A program made the position numbers and the translations under genes. A stretch of 63,181 nucleotides of DNA, the filler included, from Octopus bimaculoides (Eukaryota): assembly GCF_001194135.2 (NCBI RefSeq). It is 6 parts of 6 records of this genome, joined end to end, with 100 filler letters (N's around TTAATTAATTAA, not from the genome) between each part and the next. Parts side by side here need not be neighbours in the genome. Positions count along the whole stretch, not along the records: positions 34,777 to 42,741 come from NC_068982.1; positions 42,842 to 53,516 come from NC_068981.1; positions 53,617 to 55,790 come from NC_069006.1; 3 more parts are not named here. The stretch is one strand, 5' to 3'. Below, piece by piece: positions 40,351 to 55,117 of this stretch. The notes under the pieces were generated by a model. The model was not told where the DNA came from. It did not search any database and saw nothing but the letters and a program-made list of their open reading frames with translations. The stretch's first letter is position 1, and each line of letters opens with the position of its first letter.

Positions 40351-41290
40351 TGATTCTTCTCTACGATTATAAAGCTTTTTTTAAAAACACGGTTACTGTA
40401 GTTGATGAACGGGTTAAAGTTTTCTAGCAGCGGATGTTGTGCGAGAAATCGCTTAGAAATAATAAATAGGTTAATTATACCTAAATGCATATTTTTCACA
40501 TTTTTGCGTTTAATTCTCTATTCATTATATTTTCTGACACGCACGGCATATTCTCGAAGATAGAGAATGCTATCATTTGTGGGTATCAAGAAGGACTACG
40601 GGGAAAATTGCCTCTATATAAAGAATCATAGAAGCATTTGGCATAAAGGTCTTAGTTAAAATTTTCTTCAAATTTCATAGTGGCGGCCGATAGATTTAGA
40701 CATTAAACCCTTTTCAAGGGGTACTTTTACATATGTTTAATCTCCCCAATAAAAATGGAAGGTAAATAGTTTTTATGTTGGAGTTCATTGAAATATGGAA
40801 TGTGTTTCAAGGGTGCCCCCAAGAACCGAAAGGCTGTGAAAGGTTTTCTAGAGCGCAGACCTTGGAGCAAGGGGAAGTCATTATGTCACTGAAAAGGTGA
40901 CGCCATTGACCAAAGAACTTTGACTAACAAACAGCCGATGGATTGTTTATCCTGCACATTAAACAAACAATCGATTAGACATTTAACCAATATATTAATA
41001 ATAAAGAAGTGATATTGAATCTGTGCCTGTGTTATTATTATTGGTGCAATGACTCTCTCAAGACACAACAAAATTTGTTTCAGCACACAATTTCACAGCT
41101 AGAATTTTACAAACAAAATATAAAGACATAATAAGACGGTATAGTTGGGCATGGTACTTTTGCTTGCATTCGCATGTATATCTATACATGTTGCTATATC
41201 AACATAACTATGTGTACATATCCATACTAATATGGAAATCCACACGCACACGCACGCACGCACACACACACACATACACATACACACACA

Positions 41291-41321
<31 letters not shown>

Positions 41322-41498
41322 GCGCACGCACGCACGCACGCATGCACACATGCATACAATATGTGAGGCTTTTCTCAAGTTCAAAATATCAATTTGTTTT
41401 CGTTATCTACATTCCAAAGATAGAACTTTATATCTTTCTGCACAGAAAGGTTTCAAATAATTAAAAATAGAATAGAACGCACATAGATACAGTTCTGA

Positions 41499-42231
41499 GG
41501 CATCCGCGTGTCATTAATGACTACGGATGAAGTTCCTAGTTGTCTGTCGTAACGAAATCGGGTTAGCAGTGACTAAACAATCCGATGCGCGGATGGCAGT
41601 CTTTGACACACAAGCGGCTATCCCGGTGCTTTTTCAGTTGCTCAGTTCTAACTCTCCAGTATAGGGTGCTCAATAGGATCCAAGCCTAGGGAGTACGGTA
41701 TGGGGGTGAGGTTGTTTCCCACACAGCGTGTCCCCATTCTCCACCTCACTGAAGGATCTAGTCGAATAAAACAGCCGTGACGATTTGGCACAAGCGTCGT
41801 CGCAACAGTTGCCACAACGAGGCTGCAAACGACGTTGAATTGCCTCGTCGTCACAACAGTTGCCACAACGAGGCTGCAAACGACGTTCAATTGCCCCAGG
41901 AGCTCCCACACCCAGTATTTCCTCAGGGTTTACTCCCGGAGCTTTTTCCATGGCTGCGTATAGCGGCAAGGTAGTGAGGATATGGAATAAGGATTTTTCC
42001 TTCACCAAGATGGGTTGCTCTCTCAGGCTAACAAGTTCTGTCTGCCCTGCTGATTTGCTAATTACCCGATTGCTGGGCGCTTGACAGGTGCTGTTACTCC
42101 GGTTCAGGGTAGACGAAGGAACAATAATGGCTAAGGGGTGGTTGCACACTGCTCAAAACCCTGGAATTCCTGAATCAGGTCCCCACAACCGGACGCAGTA
42201 TAAAGTCATACCTAGGAAATACATTCACTCG
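41499..42231 (-). mobile_element. Non-autonomous bipartite RTE-clade retroposon (RTE 5' region fused to RTE 3' end)
   Basis: 3' part encodes CVKDCHPRIGLFSHC (RTE C-terminal C..C.SRIGL.SH motif) followed by the GTCAT-TA-ATGAC hairpin and GGATGCC end. The 5' part resembles RTE 5' UTRs. No endonuclease or RT in between. Confidence 0.75.
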
Positions 42232-42265
42232 TAAGAATGTATGAATGTGTATGTATGTATGTATG

Positions 42266-42296
<31 letters not shown>

Positions 42297-42695
42297 GTAT
42301 GCATGTATGAATGTATGTATGTGTGTTTGTATGAATATATGTGTGTTTGTATTCATGTGTGTATGTGAGTGTATATGTATGTGTGTATGTGAGTGTGTAA
42401 TGTATGTATGCTTGTGTGTATGTATGCATGCACTAATGTATGTATATATGCATCTACATATCTGCGAATGTATGTATATATGAATGTATGCATCAACGTA
42501 TGTATATGTCATTGTTCAGTTTTATTTTAAGATTTCTTTACAATAGAGAAAGAGCCGGTTTCTAACCTAGTAAACATTTGAGGAGGTAGATGTGTCCTAT
42601 GCTCACGAAACGTTAAGTAATGAGGAGTTGAGTCATTGTGTATGAACAAACTAGCGAGCAAGAGAGAGAGAGAGATAGATATAGAGATAGAGAAA

Positions 42696-42741
<46 letters not shown>

Positions 42742-42841
42742 NNNNNNNNNNNNNNNNNNNNNNNNNNNNNNNNNNNNNNNNNNNNTTAATTAATTAANNN
42801 NNNNNNNNNNNNNNNNNNNNNNNNNNNNNNNNNNNNNNNNN

Positions 42842-42916
<75 letters not shown>

Positions 42917-43757
42917 TATCATGATCAACATCATCATCATTATTGTCATTATTATTACTGTTAGTCCCCTGAAATTTGAATTTATTAATCAGTTTCAAGG
43001 GTCGAATTTCATGTGAATGTCTTACGTGCATTAACTGTGTCTATGGCGTCTCAAAGGCTTTTATAATCAGCAACAGAAGGCTCCAAGTCACACATATCAA
43101 ATCTATGGTTTTCTGTCGAGAGCACCTGCATCCGAGTCCTATAACATATAGCTTGCCAATTAAACGTAACAATAATTTCCAGAAAATCTAATCTAATAAG
43201 GTTGTAGCGAGGGAAATATATTGGAATACTCCTTACCGCATAGGATTGGGATAGCTGTCATAATTGCCTCAAATTATGCTGCATATTACCTTATTTTATA
43301 TAGTCATTAATTGTTTTTGCTGCGTTATTCAAACCTCGAGTAAAATCATTTTAATTCAGTCTGTTGACAACGATTTAGTTCTCTTTCAACATTCTTCAGT
43401 TATCGCATTGTTTTAAGTAGTTCTGCCTATAAAAGACATTATTTGAGAAATTGGCAGTAAATCTGCTGGTGGAATTTCTACTCTTCAGGTTTTCATGTAA
43501 CGATTAAGTAGTTCAGTTGCTAGAAGTATTGAAACGTCTTCGACGAACCCAGCGAGAGCTCTATCATATATAATCATATGATACTTTGCACTATTATTTC
43601 GTTTTATCAATTGTTTACATTCCAAAGTAATTAGTTTTATGCTGTAGGGAGACTCTTTATTATTCTGTTATATTTTGAGGGAGTTATTTTTTTTTAATTG
43701 GGAATTAAAACGAGGAATACCATTCATGCCATTGCCTCTCTTTTGCAGAAGATTCAA

Positions 43758-43883
<126 letters not shown>

Positions 43884-44581
43884 ATACATAAAGAGAGGGG
43901 GGAGAAAGAGAAAGAGAGACATATAGGTAAATTGTTGAATAGATAGATAGAAATATTGTTATACTTATTCTCTGTTTTATTATCATATACATGATTTGAC
44001 AAACACATCAAGAGATAATATGTAGCCACAACAATTAGAATCATGTTGGAAAAATTGGATAGGAGCGTTCAAATTTAACAAAAGAAAACAAAGCATATGT
44101 TTAACAAATGCAGAGTGGTTATTGCTACATTTTGCGACATATCTTTGTCTATATACAGTGGTATTTAAAAAAAAAATTTCGATGACACATAAATATGTAT
44201 CGTATATATATTTTCCTAATTGCTAACTTGCCGATATATTCACGTAATATATTACGTCTGTGACATTTTATATGTGCGAAATTCACCGTTATTCAGTGTA
44301 CATATGCAGAATGCTAGTTATTTGTTGGGGCGCTCTCGAAAATATTTGGGTTCTGATCTTAATTGTCATGGAATGTAATGTCATGGTATTTATGTCCCAT
44401 CAGGTAGTAAATCTGTGTAATAGAAAAATCTCACAGAAGTATTATTTTTATTTACTAGAACATGTATACTTTCCCATAAATCCTAAGTAGATTGTTGTTT
44501 TGTTTTTTTTATCCAGGAGTTAGAAGTTGATGTTTATGAATCTGTAGAGACGCTTCGAAATTTTATTTTGCTGTGAATTAC

Positions 44582-44645
44582 GTTTTCTCGGAGCTCGTCT
44601 GCAGTGCATGATAGTATATGTTTCAGTATCCCACTGAGAAGGCAT
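44582..44645 (-). CDS. Putative 64-nt exon (phase 2-0, CLLSGILKHILSCTADELREN)
   Basis: ttcatttattaaaaacag|ATGCC...GAAAAC|gtaatt. Ends in phase 0, matching the acceptor at 39949. Splice signals are only moderate. Confidence 0.35.
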
Positions 44646-45932
44646 CTGTTTTTAATAAATGAAATGCTACTAGGAAAACCCTGCTTCACAATGATTAATC
44701 TGAAATTATGTCTGGCTTTGATAACTGACATCAATATAGTCAGTGTCTAAACAGAGAATCAGTTAAATACTCAGGACGAAATACCCAAGGTCTTCATCTT
44801 GAGCATCATTATCGTAGTGGTCGTTGTCGCCGTCGCTATCATCATCATCACAATCATTATTATCATCATGGTTGTTGTTGAGATTGGTGGTGGTAGTTTC
44901 TGTGGTGGTGTAGGTGGCAGCAGCGGAGGTGGTGTCAATCGACGTAGATTGACAGTATTTTTAGAGGGTCAGAAACTTTACTAGGTGATATTTTGCAACG
45001 ATTTTTATGTTGTAAATTCAGACGTTGAGGTTCTGCATATTCCAGCGTATATTGTACACACTGTATATAAGTTTTTCATTTTTATCTATTTTTTATCTTT
45101 TTTTATCTATTTTTTATCTATTTCTTCCTCTCCACATACTTCATGTAATCTAAAATAAATCTGTACTTTATACTTCTAATACCCCTTCCTAGCATATGAA
45201 ATAAATTAAAAATCCTTCTTCTTCTTCTTCTTCTTCTTCTTCTTCTTCTTCTTCTTCTTCTTCTTCTTCTTCTTCTTCTTCTTCTTCTTCTTCTCATCAG
45301 TATTATTACCAGTGTCGCCTTATACAATGGCACTGTAATTTTAAATCCGCCCTTTAAATGAAGTTTTGAAATTCATCACGCATTCGATGCCTAGTATTAT
45401 TTTTCTCCGTATTGAACCCAAGTGAATTATACATGGAACTTGTTTAGGTATAGCGACTGCCATTACGATGAATATAACGTTACGTGCAATTAAAGATGTT
45501 TGCATTTTCTTCTGCTCTCTTTTTCCTGTGGTAAATACATTATTGCATTTATAACGGCAACATAAGTAAAACAATAATACCTCTCCTCTTGAAAGTATTT
45601 GCTTTCATTTCTGCAAGAGATTTCTTTATTTTGATATGATAAACTGGAATATTCTAGTATTGTGTATATTTATCTTCCTATATTTCCCACAAGATCTAAC
45701 AGCTTATTCCAAATTAAATATATTTTAAAGGCGAAAAGCAATATTGTATTGGATTTGATAACCGGGTTGTTTATTGTTTGCGTATTTAGGCCAAGAGAGA
45801 TATATTGATATATTTCTGTGTTGTAAAGACACCTGAACGTGTGAGTGCATACACATTATGTGTGTATGCGTGTGTGTATGCTGACATATATAAATGCAAT
45901 ATGTATGTATATATATACATGTGTTTATAACA

Positions 45933-45986
<54 letters not shown>

Positions 45987-46624
45987 CAAATATCTTTATT
46001 TATATAATACACGTGTATATATATACATATATATATATACATGACCAGATGCACGTGTGTGTGCGTGTGTGTGTGTGAAGGGCCGTTAATAATGGATTAT
46101 CAACTGGAGTGTAAGTTCACCATCAGACGAATTAGTAAATCTGCATGTTCATATGACCTTATACAAGAGAAAGCATGAATATTGAACTTTACATATTTAT
46201 TTGCGCATCGTAGACTTGCATCTGTTTCTGATATAATTTATAGATGTGTTCATGTTTCCATTTATTCCATAGGTCGATTGATCGAATCAAGAAACTGATA
46301 ACATAGGCACCAGTTGAACAATGTCTTTGATGTAATCATGTTACCAATCTTCCCGAATTTGCTTGCCTTGTTCCAAAATTTTAAACCATTTTTACTATTT
46401 TCATTACCAGTATTCTAATTAACGTTATTTCCATTTGTGTTTATCTCGTTCCCGTTGTTCCTTTAATAGTCGGTGGTAATGTTGATTTTAATCCTAAAAT
46501 AAGCATCATCTGTAAAATCATGATTTATGCCTCAGCATTATGGTCTACAGTACTCTCTGGACCTATATTCGCCCCCTGAAGATAAATATAGTTTACGTTT
46601 GCTGTTTTCAGTTTTCTATTATTT

Positions 46625-46860
46625 AGTTTATGAATAACGTGGCGAATTGGCAGAACCATTAAGTACGTCAGGGAAAAACGCTTAGCGGCATTGCGTCCGT
46701 GTCTATGTCTGAGCGCAAATTCTGCCGAGGTCGACATTGCCTTTCATCCTTTCACGGTCGATAAGTTCAGTAGTATTAAAACTCTGGAGTCGAAGTAATC
46801 GACTTACCTCCTCCCGCCAAATTTCAGGCTTCGTGCCTTTAATAGAAAGGCTTATTTAGT
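46625..46860 (+). mobile_element. SINE family C
   Basis: tggcgaattggcagaacc...gccgaggtcgacattgcctttcatcctttcacggtcgataa. Confidence 0.85.
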
Positions 46861-48423
46861 TAATGAATATAATGTTCAAGGTTATATGTTGCTGCATATG
46901 AAAATTTCATCCTATGCCAGTTAAATGTTTTATAATATCTACTAGATTTAGGGAAAATCTATCTAATGCGGAACCAATTTATCTCACAATTTTAGGTGTT
47001 TCATGTAATACGAACACTGGATTGAACTATGAAGTACAACCTTTATAAGATTTATGATTATGACTAGGTTTAGTGTAATTGTTATTATGCATTTTTGAGT
47101 CATTCCGATCGTAACTAAAGTAGGCTTTTGTGTTCTTATTACACACTGCTTTCCTTTAATTCTATTACTATTTGCTTTAGTGTATATTACATTATCATAT
47201 TCTGATTCTAAATTTGGGCTTTTCCCTTCTGCAATAGCAACACTAACATTAACATCATTCACTTGTATGATTATCTGTATATCTGCCATGGTTTTTTTTT
47301 TATTATTTCCATTTCGACTTTCATAGGCTCTACTTTTGATAGGTGTATACTTAATGTTTTAATTGTCTCCGGAACAGGCCACTGCTGTATTATAATACCC
47401 TGCACGTGAATTGGATATTCTTTCCTTTGCATAGGCGCTGAAAATTCTCTTAGGTTTACAATCCATTTCAGTGCAGAATGCAGATGATAGGAGCTTTTAT
47501 TTATATACCATATATTCTCATTTGGCTTGTGATAAGGTTTAAAATACATGCCTAGTGTTTAATTTGTTACACAAAGGAAATTTAGTAATTCATGCACATT
47601 TTTAATTGTTATGTACACAAATGCAGGCAAATTAACAGACACACGCACACACATTATATGGGTAAATACACACACACACACACACACACACACANNNNNN
47701 NNNNNNNNNNNNNNNNNNNNNNNNNNNNNNNNNNNNNNNNNNNNNNNNNNNNNNNNNNNNNNNNNNNNNNNNNNNNNNNNNNNNNNNNNNNNNNNNNNNN
47801 NNNNNNNNNNNNNNNNNNNNNNNNNNNNNNNNNNNNNNNNNNNNNNNNNNNNNNNNNNNNNNNNNNNNNNNNNNNNNNNNNNNNNNNNNNNNNNNNNNNN
47901 NNNNNNNNNNNNNNNNNNNNNNNNNNNNNNNNNNNNNNNNNNNNNNNNNNNNNNNNNNNNNNNNNNNNNNNNNNNNNNNNNNNNNNNNNNNNNNNNNNNN
48001 NNNNNNNNNNNNNNNNNNNNNNNNNNNNNNNNNNNNNNNNNNNNNNNNNNNNNNNNNNNNNNNNNNNNNNNNNNNNNNNNNNNNNNNNNNNNNNNNNNNN
48101 NNNNNNNNNNNNNNNNNNNNNNNNNNNNNNNNNNNNNNNNNNNNNNNNNNNNNNNNNNNNNNNNNNNNNNNNNNNNNNNNNNNNNNNNNNNNNNNNNNNN
48201 NNNNNNNNNNNNNNNNNNNNNNNNNNNNNNNNNNNNNNNNNNNNNNNNNNNNNNNNNNNNNNNNNNNNNNNNNNNNNNNNNNNNNNNNNNNNNNNNTATA
48301 TATATATATATGGACACGTATAATTACAGATGTATTCATGGATGCATATTAGTATGTGTGTAGGTATGTAAATTTATATGTATACTTACACACATTATAT
48401 ATATACATACATATACTTGCTTA

Positions 48424-48466
<43 letters not shown>

Positions 48467-50784
48467 CTGCTTCCTTTATTATATATTCAGTATGAGCATA
48501 ATACTGCTTGTTTCTCCTGACTGACAGTAGAAATTGGTTGAAAGCATTGTAGGCAAGAATTATAATCATGTTTGCATAATACACACATAATAGGATTTCA
48601 GTAATCTATTATTTCAAAAACAAAATGTTCTAACTGTACCTAGGGTGAGGGGAAGTAACATTTAATATATAGATAGAAAAGCAAGTCTTATGAAATATAT
48701 ACAAAGTATATAGATAAACAAACACGAAATCACGTTAGAAAATACTATGAATATAAAGGAAATCTTTAGCTGGATGATGTACATATATATTTCAGCTTTT
48801 CCCTTTGTAAAACACCTGATATCTAGTCACAGTTGTACTGCTAATAGTTAGCCATTGCTGGGAATTACATGCTAAATAAAACAAGAAACGTTTCTGAACG
48901 ATGTGTAGCAAATGGTGAAATTTTCCAATTTATTGTAATGCATTTTGAAACAGCCATAGTTTTATTTTTTCAGAACATTTTCATCCAGTGTCCTTGTAAA
49001 TTCCATTTTGTTCCACTGATAATATTCAGGTTATGCATGTCCTGTTTTGCACCATACTAATGCTTGGATAAGAATATAGTAAACGACTCTGCAGACAAAA
49101 TAACACCCTAGACTGGTTTACAATTTAGGAACAACTCTGTTGAATATGCTCTTTAGTAAAGGTAAACGATTATAATTCATCAAAATAACATTATTCATTA
49201 ATATTGTTCGGATTCATAGGTTTCGTTTTCCAGAACGTAGAAGTCGCAATATTTTCCATGTATTGGTTATAAAACTAGTAGTCCACATGGTAAAATTCTC
49301 CAGTTTTGGCAATGTCAATTATTGATCAGTTTTGCGAAGACTATTGATATAGTTTAGATTTGATTGATATTTATTAGTTCTTCCTTCTTTTCAATTTGAT
49401 TGTTTGAAAAGGGTTAGGAGATTGGGGTTACGGGAAACATCTGCAGTTCGGACATCATTTTCCAGAGTTCAAGATAATAGAGGAATCTGAAAACATAGTT
49501 TCAATATTTAACGTTATATAGTATACTGGGCATGTCACAAGAATGCAGTGGATGCCTTTCTTAAATATATTCCTGGCATTTTGTTATAACTCATGTTAAG
49601 TTCACACGAATATATTCGAAGAATGCAAAAGAAAAATATTATTCATTAAAGAAACTATATAATGAGAGATTTGAATAATATTTCATTACACAATTTGGCT
49701 ATGGATATTGAATGATAATTATGCACTATTTCATCTAAAGGCGTTTGCTTTTCAGAAACATTTCTACACAATAAGTACATTGATTAGAGTGCATTGCAAG
49801 AGTCATCTTGCTAAGTGTTATATTGAAGAAAATATTTATCTAATGTATATAGCTGTAAATTATATCATTTATTGTAATTTTAAAATGAACAAAAAATAAT
49901 TTGAAATTATCTTTGTTACCAGCGATAAATGGTGTATATGGACACCGGTCTCACTTAGTGTTGCTCACTACCGTTGCATAGATAACTTAAACAAGAATAA
50001 AACAAATAATCGAAAACATACCGCAGCTTCAATAAGCTGGTAATTTTGAGATTAATAAATGAGAATAACTTCAGAAAAATATTAAAAAAACTTATGGAAA
50101 TGCAGAAAATGTTATGTAATACAATGTTTCTGAGAAATAAGCAGATGTTTCAAATTTTGATAAATGGTGTGTATGTATCGCGATGCAAAAAGGAAAAAAA
50201 AATACCTCACACAGCGTGAAATTGAATGATATAGAATTGTTTTCACCAAATACAGAGGAGGAAGATCTATTAAATATAGCATTTGAAACATGTTGGGAAA
50301 TAATTCTGCTTTGTGTAGTGTTGATATGAAAGAATAACTCATATATTGATTGAAGAGAGTGATACATTAATTATATACTCTATAGGAAATAGATACTCGA
50401 AAATGCATATTAACCTATGTTTCGTATGTTGTCAAACTATGCTCTATGTAAGCTTCGTCTTTAAAATTGGTAGTTAGAACAAAAAAAAAAAAAGAAGCAT
50501 ATATTTATGATAAGAAAATCAGAGATGTGAATATCATGTAATATTTATGATTTCCCAAGGAACGATAAAGTTATGTATATGATTTTGAGAAATAATACCA
50601 AAAAATGAAGTATAGAAATAAATGTAAGTAAAAATAAAATTATTATTATATGAATTTCAAGAACCATGACAGTAAGGTTATATCAATTGAAAAGTTGATT
50701 CCTCAGTCTCTATATAAAACATACTTACGTACGTACATACATGCATACATGCATACATACATACATACATGCATACATACATGC

Positions 50785-51132
50785 ATACATATGCTGAGAT
50801 CCCCTTCGGTCATGACTGACCGTGGGATTGCACCTAGAAAGTTACCCTCTGAGTCACGAGTCCGGGCAAAGGTGTTTATGGAAAACCAGCAGTCGCCCGT
50901 GCACACTGGTCTTCCCTCTCCACACCAGCAGTGTTTTCCATGAGAAAGGCAAAGTCCGATACAGCTTAACACCTCTGACGTCCCAACTCATTTCTACAGC
51001 TGAGTGAAGTGGAGCAACGTGAAATAAAGTGTCTTGCTCAAGAACATAATACGCAGCCCGTTCCGGGATTCGAAGTCACAACCTCGCAATCATAAGCTCG
51101 ACGCTCTAACCACTGAGCCATGCACCTTCACT
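50785..51132 (-). mobile_element. SINE subfamily B2, full length (tRNA head, CORE-like domain, RTE-derived body)
   Basis: A-box TGGCTCAGTGG, B-box ACTTCGAATCC, TGTTCTTGAGCAAGACACTT; body matches 53690. Confidence 0.9.
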
Positions 51133-53455
51133 ATGCGTACATACATTCATACATACATACATACATAATATATACATGCATAATGCATACATACACACAT
51201 ATATAATATATACATGCATAATGCATACATACATACATAATGTTTTCATTTCTCTTACGAAATAGGGAAAAACCACGGAAAACCACTAAAACTATTAAAG
51301 AATTGGAAGTGAATTTCGCAAAAAATAAAACATACGCAGCTTTGTTTCGGAAAAAGCTACGGAAATAACACAGTAGTGTAAGATGCTAATGAAATCCGCG
51401 ATGATGTAGTTTTTCTGTGGCCTGTGGAACACTAGCGATAGGCAGCGATTTAAAAATGGATATAGGGATATTGCATTAGGTTAGGAAGAGAACACAAACA
51501 ATGAAATTGATGAGAGCTACAGAGAGAAGAAGCTGAATTTTCCGTAAATAAGCTCCAAGGTACTCATGATTTTAAAATACGCGCTTCATCACGGCACGTT
51601 TTCAGTGAAAGTATCAACAGACCAAAAAACCCTACATTATAATTATTTCGCATACAAAAAGAGCAATGAAATCGGAGTGGCATCCTCCTAACGGAAACAA
51701 CGTCATTAATATTATCTCTCTGCCATCATTTCTTGTTTCTGACTGCATTACAAGACTTGCTAGCCGGCCGGGTTATACATTTTGATCATATACTCACCTA
51801 ATGGATACGTGTGTGAAACTTCATCCAAGAGGTCATTTGCCTGAAAAGGCAATAGGTGTTCGAGTGACACCAGTTACAGCTGAATAATTAATTTCATCAA
51901 CTGTAGCGCCTATAATCTGTTGAATTATTGCCGGCTTATGTTTGAAAACTCGGTTGTAGTATTTCCCGAACACACTCTTAGGGGGAAATGAAGATGGAGA
52001 AAGGAAGAGTGAATAGGTGAAATATCAGAGAAAAATGACCAGCCACGATGAGGGGAGAAAAAGTACAAGTATAGAAAAACAGAAAAAGAAGACTGCTTCA
52101 AAATTCCTGGAACTTGACCATTTGGTAAGGCTGAGCTACATAATTCATAGTGAATGCCTGTTCCACATCAATCAAGATCATTCAAGTGTATCTAAACGTC
52201 TAAGAGCATTTTAACATTTTCAAAATCGTATAGGGGATGTTAGGTAACATGTAATACTATACATAACACCTCTAAAATTACTACTTATGACCTCTCACCG
52301 TCTTCGTTCCAATATTTGACAGACATAGTGATGGATGTAAGCGGTGGGAGTATTGCAAGATGTATATGAAAGGAACACAAAAACATCCTGACTGGGCTTT
52401 CGCATATGACATTGCAATAATGGCAGATAATTTAATGGAAAGTCTAATGAATTACGAAAATAGATGTAAATGAATTACTTAACACCAAAACTTATCTACA
52501 GCACAGTACGTTGTGGAAGATATGGCCAATGTCTCATTCATCGCCATAGAGATACAAGCGTAGGCACTACTATGAATAGTAGATCTGACTAAACGGTGGT
52601 CTATTCAAATCCAAGTGGAAATCAAGGTAACAACATGCATGAATACAAAAATGAAGGTGTCTTTGTAGCTTCATGAAAGCTCAAAGCTTCTGAAGTTTCG
52701 GGGAAACAAGAGGAAATTCAACAGATGTGGCCAAACGGTAGGATACATTCTGCCAATGATGGCTGTTGAAGATCATTAAATCGTCAAACTGAATCGTAAA
52801 TACCAGTGTCGATTTAGCCTGATAGGTCACAGTTTTCTTCTTCTCTCTGTATTTTTTCTTGTAGCTTTTGGAAAATGAAGCATATGGCCCGGAGGTAATA
52901 GAGTTGAGCTCATTTCTATTATATCTGGGATCGAATCTATTATCAAGCAATTAATTTCAGTTAGCTCCATTTTACTCAGCTGAAAGTGAGTGTCAGCATA
53001 TCTTGAATTTTTTTGTGGGACAGACCGCCATCTTTTTCAAGGACGAGTTTCTTACTATAAGATAGAGAGACAGACATACAGGCGGACAAATATATTGACT
53101 GAGAGACAGAAACATAGAGAGAAGAAATGAGAGAGCGCAACATACATTAAATATTCAGAGCATTCAATATTTCCTATAGACTTAGTTCCATCCATAGCCC
53201 ATAAGTGAAAGACCGTATACGTCTCCATTTGGTGGATTGGACGTATAATTAAAACAGAACATAATCATCACCCGCTATCTCAAGCTAATTCTGCCAGGAA
53301 CTTAAGCATACCCGTGTCTGTGGAAGGATCAACGGCTTACACATTCATACACATTTGATCATAAAGCCGAAATCGTATCAGCGATCATGTGAGAGGTAAC
53401 ACTCTCTCTATCTATCTACCTACATATCTATGTATCTATCTATCTATCTATCTAT

Positions 53456-53516
<61 letters not shown>

Positions 53517-53689
53517 NNNNNNNNNNNNNNNNNNNNNNNNNNNNNNNNNNNNNNNNNNNNTTAATTAATTAANNNNNNNNNNNNNNNNNNNNNNNNNNNN
53601 NNNNNNNNNNNNNNNNAAACACACATAAGTATGTATACATGTATATATATGGGTGTATGTGTGTGTGTATGTATATAGGGTAACGGGTA

Positions 53690-54028
53690 AGGACCTCGTT
53701 CGGTCATGGATGACCATGGGATTGCACTTAGAAAGTTACCTTCCGAGATACGAGTCCGGGCAAGGTTGTTTATGGAAGAACAGCAGTCACCCATGCATAC
53801 CAACCTCCACTCTCAACGCCACTGATGTTATCCAAGGTAAAGGTAAAGGTCGATACAGCTTGGCACCAGTGACGTCGCAACTCATTTCTACAGCTGAGTG
53901 AACTGGAGCAATGTGAAATAAAGTGTCTTGCTCAAGAACACAACGCGACAGCCCGGTCCGAGAATCGAACTCGCTACCTCATGATTGTGAACCCAATGCT
54001 CTAACCACTGAGCCATGCGTCTTCACTA
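53690..54028 (-). mobile_element. SINE subfamily B2, full length
   Basis: A-box TGGCTCAGTGG and B-box GAGTTCGATTC; same body as 50785. Confidence 0.9.
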
Positions 54029-54053
54029 TGTACGTATATACATACATACACAC

Positions 54054-54101
<48 letters not shown>

Positions 54102-55117
54102 NNNNNNNNNNNNNNNNNNNNNNNNNNNNNNNNNNNNNNNNNNNNNNNNNNNNNNNNNNNNNNNNNNNNNNNNNNNNNNNNNNNNNNNNNNNNNNNNNNN
54201 NNNNNNNNNNNNNNNNNNNNNNNNNNNNNNNNNNNNNNNNNNNNNNNNNNNNNCGCGCGTGCGTGTGTGTGTGTGTGTGTACGTATATGCAAGAGATCCT
54301 AAAATATATATATGAGAAGCCGGAAAAATGCAGGTTCTCTGTAAGTGAGAGGCCACAAATTCATCTAAACTATAAATACCCTAAATACTCTTTCAACTCC
54401 AAAACTGAAACTTTAACACGATGTCCCCACTCAGCCAAATAAATACTAGCTAATTTGAAAGCCCATTCTTCCTGTCACAAAGCATCTTCTGGAACCACCT
54501 TACTGTAAAGGTTACTTTGTCATGTTCTCCATTTTCTGTTGACCTTTGCTTTGCTTTTCCATCCATTCTTTTACACATTTCCCGACTTTAGCTACAGAGT
54601 GAAGGTACGGAACCTTAGGGTTATTTTCCGATCAAATTCTTACATCCATGACGATAACTTATATATTTATGCTAAAAACGTTTCGGCAGAATTTAACTTG
54701 AATATACTAATCGCTATTGTTTATAACATCAGTGAACAAATTACCAGTTAATCCATGCTGACACCAGTTAACCTTTAATATACCGCCATACGCTCGGTGA
54801 ACAGCTAGAATCAAATGTTCACTTGCGTATATATTGTTAATACTTTCCGGCACGTTCGAACGTGAGAATGTTAATTGCTGATGCGTTTCGTGCTAGGATA
54901 AAATATTCATTAAGACACAGAGTACTGGGACAGCCGTGTTTCAATAACGTTGTGTTATGTCAGCCAGAGCACCTCCGGATTAACGAATCTAACAGGTGAG
55001 TCTTGATTCTCGCTGTTCTTCGTGGGTACAATGAGTTTGCATCTACCTTTCAGGTGAAATTCTTTTTCATCGAATGTTGTTTCTTCAAACACTATTAATA
55101 TTTATGGAAGAAGTCTA

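Noticed and set aside
43020-43120. Exon-like FDMCDLEPSVADYKSL segment with gtaaga donor
   Set aside because: Stops in all three frames.
51290-51700. Degenerate mariner transposase N-terminus
   Set aside because: Only faint resemblance; no continuous motif could be translated.
50785-54028. Functional tRNA genes at SINE heads
   Set aside because: A and B boxes are present, but the heads continue into SINE bodies and lack a complete cloverleaf.
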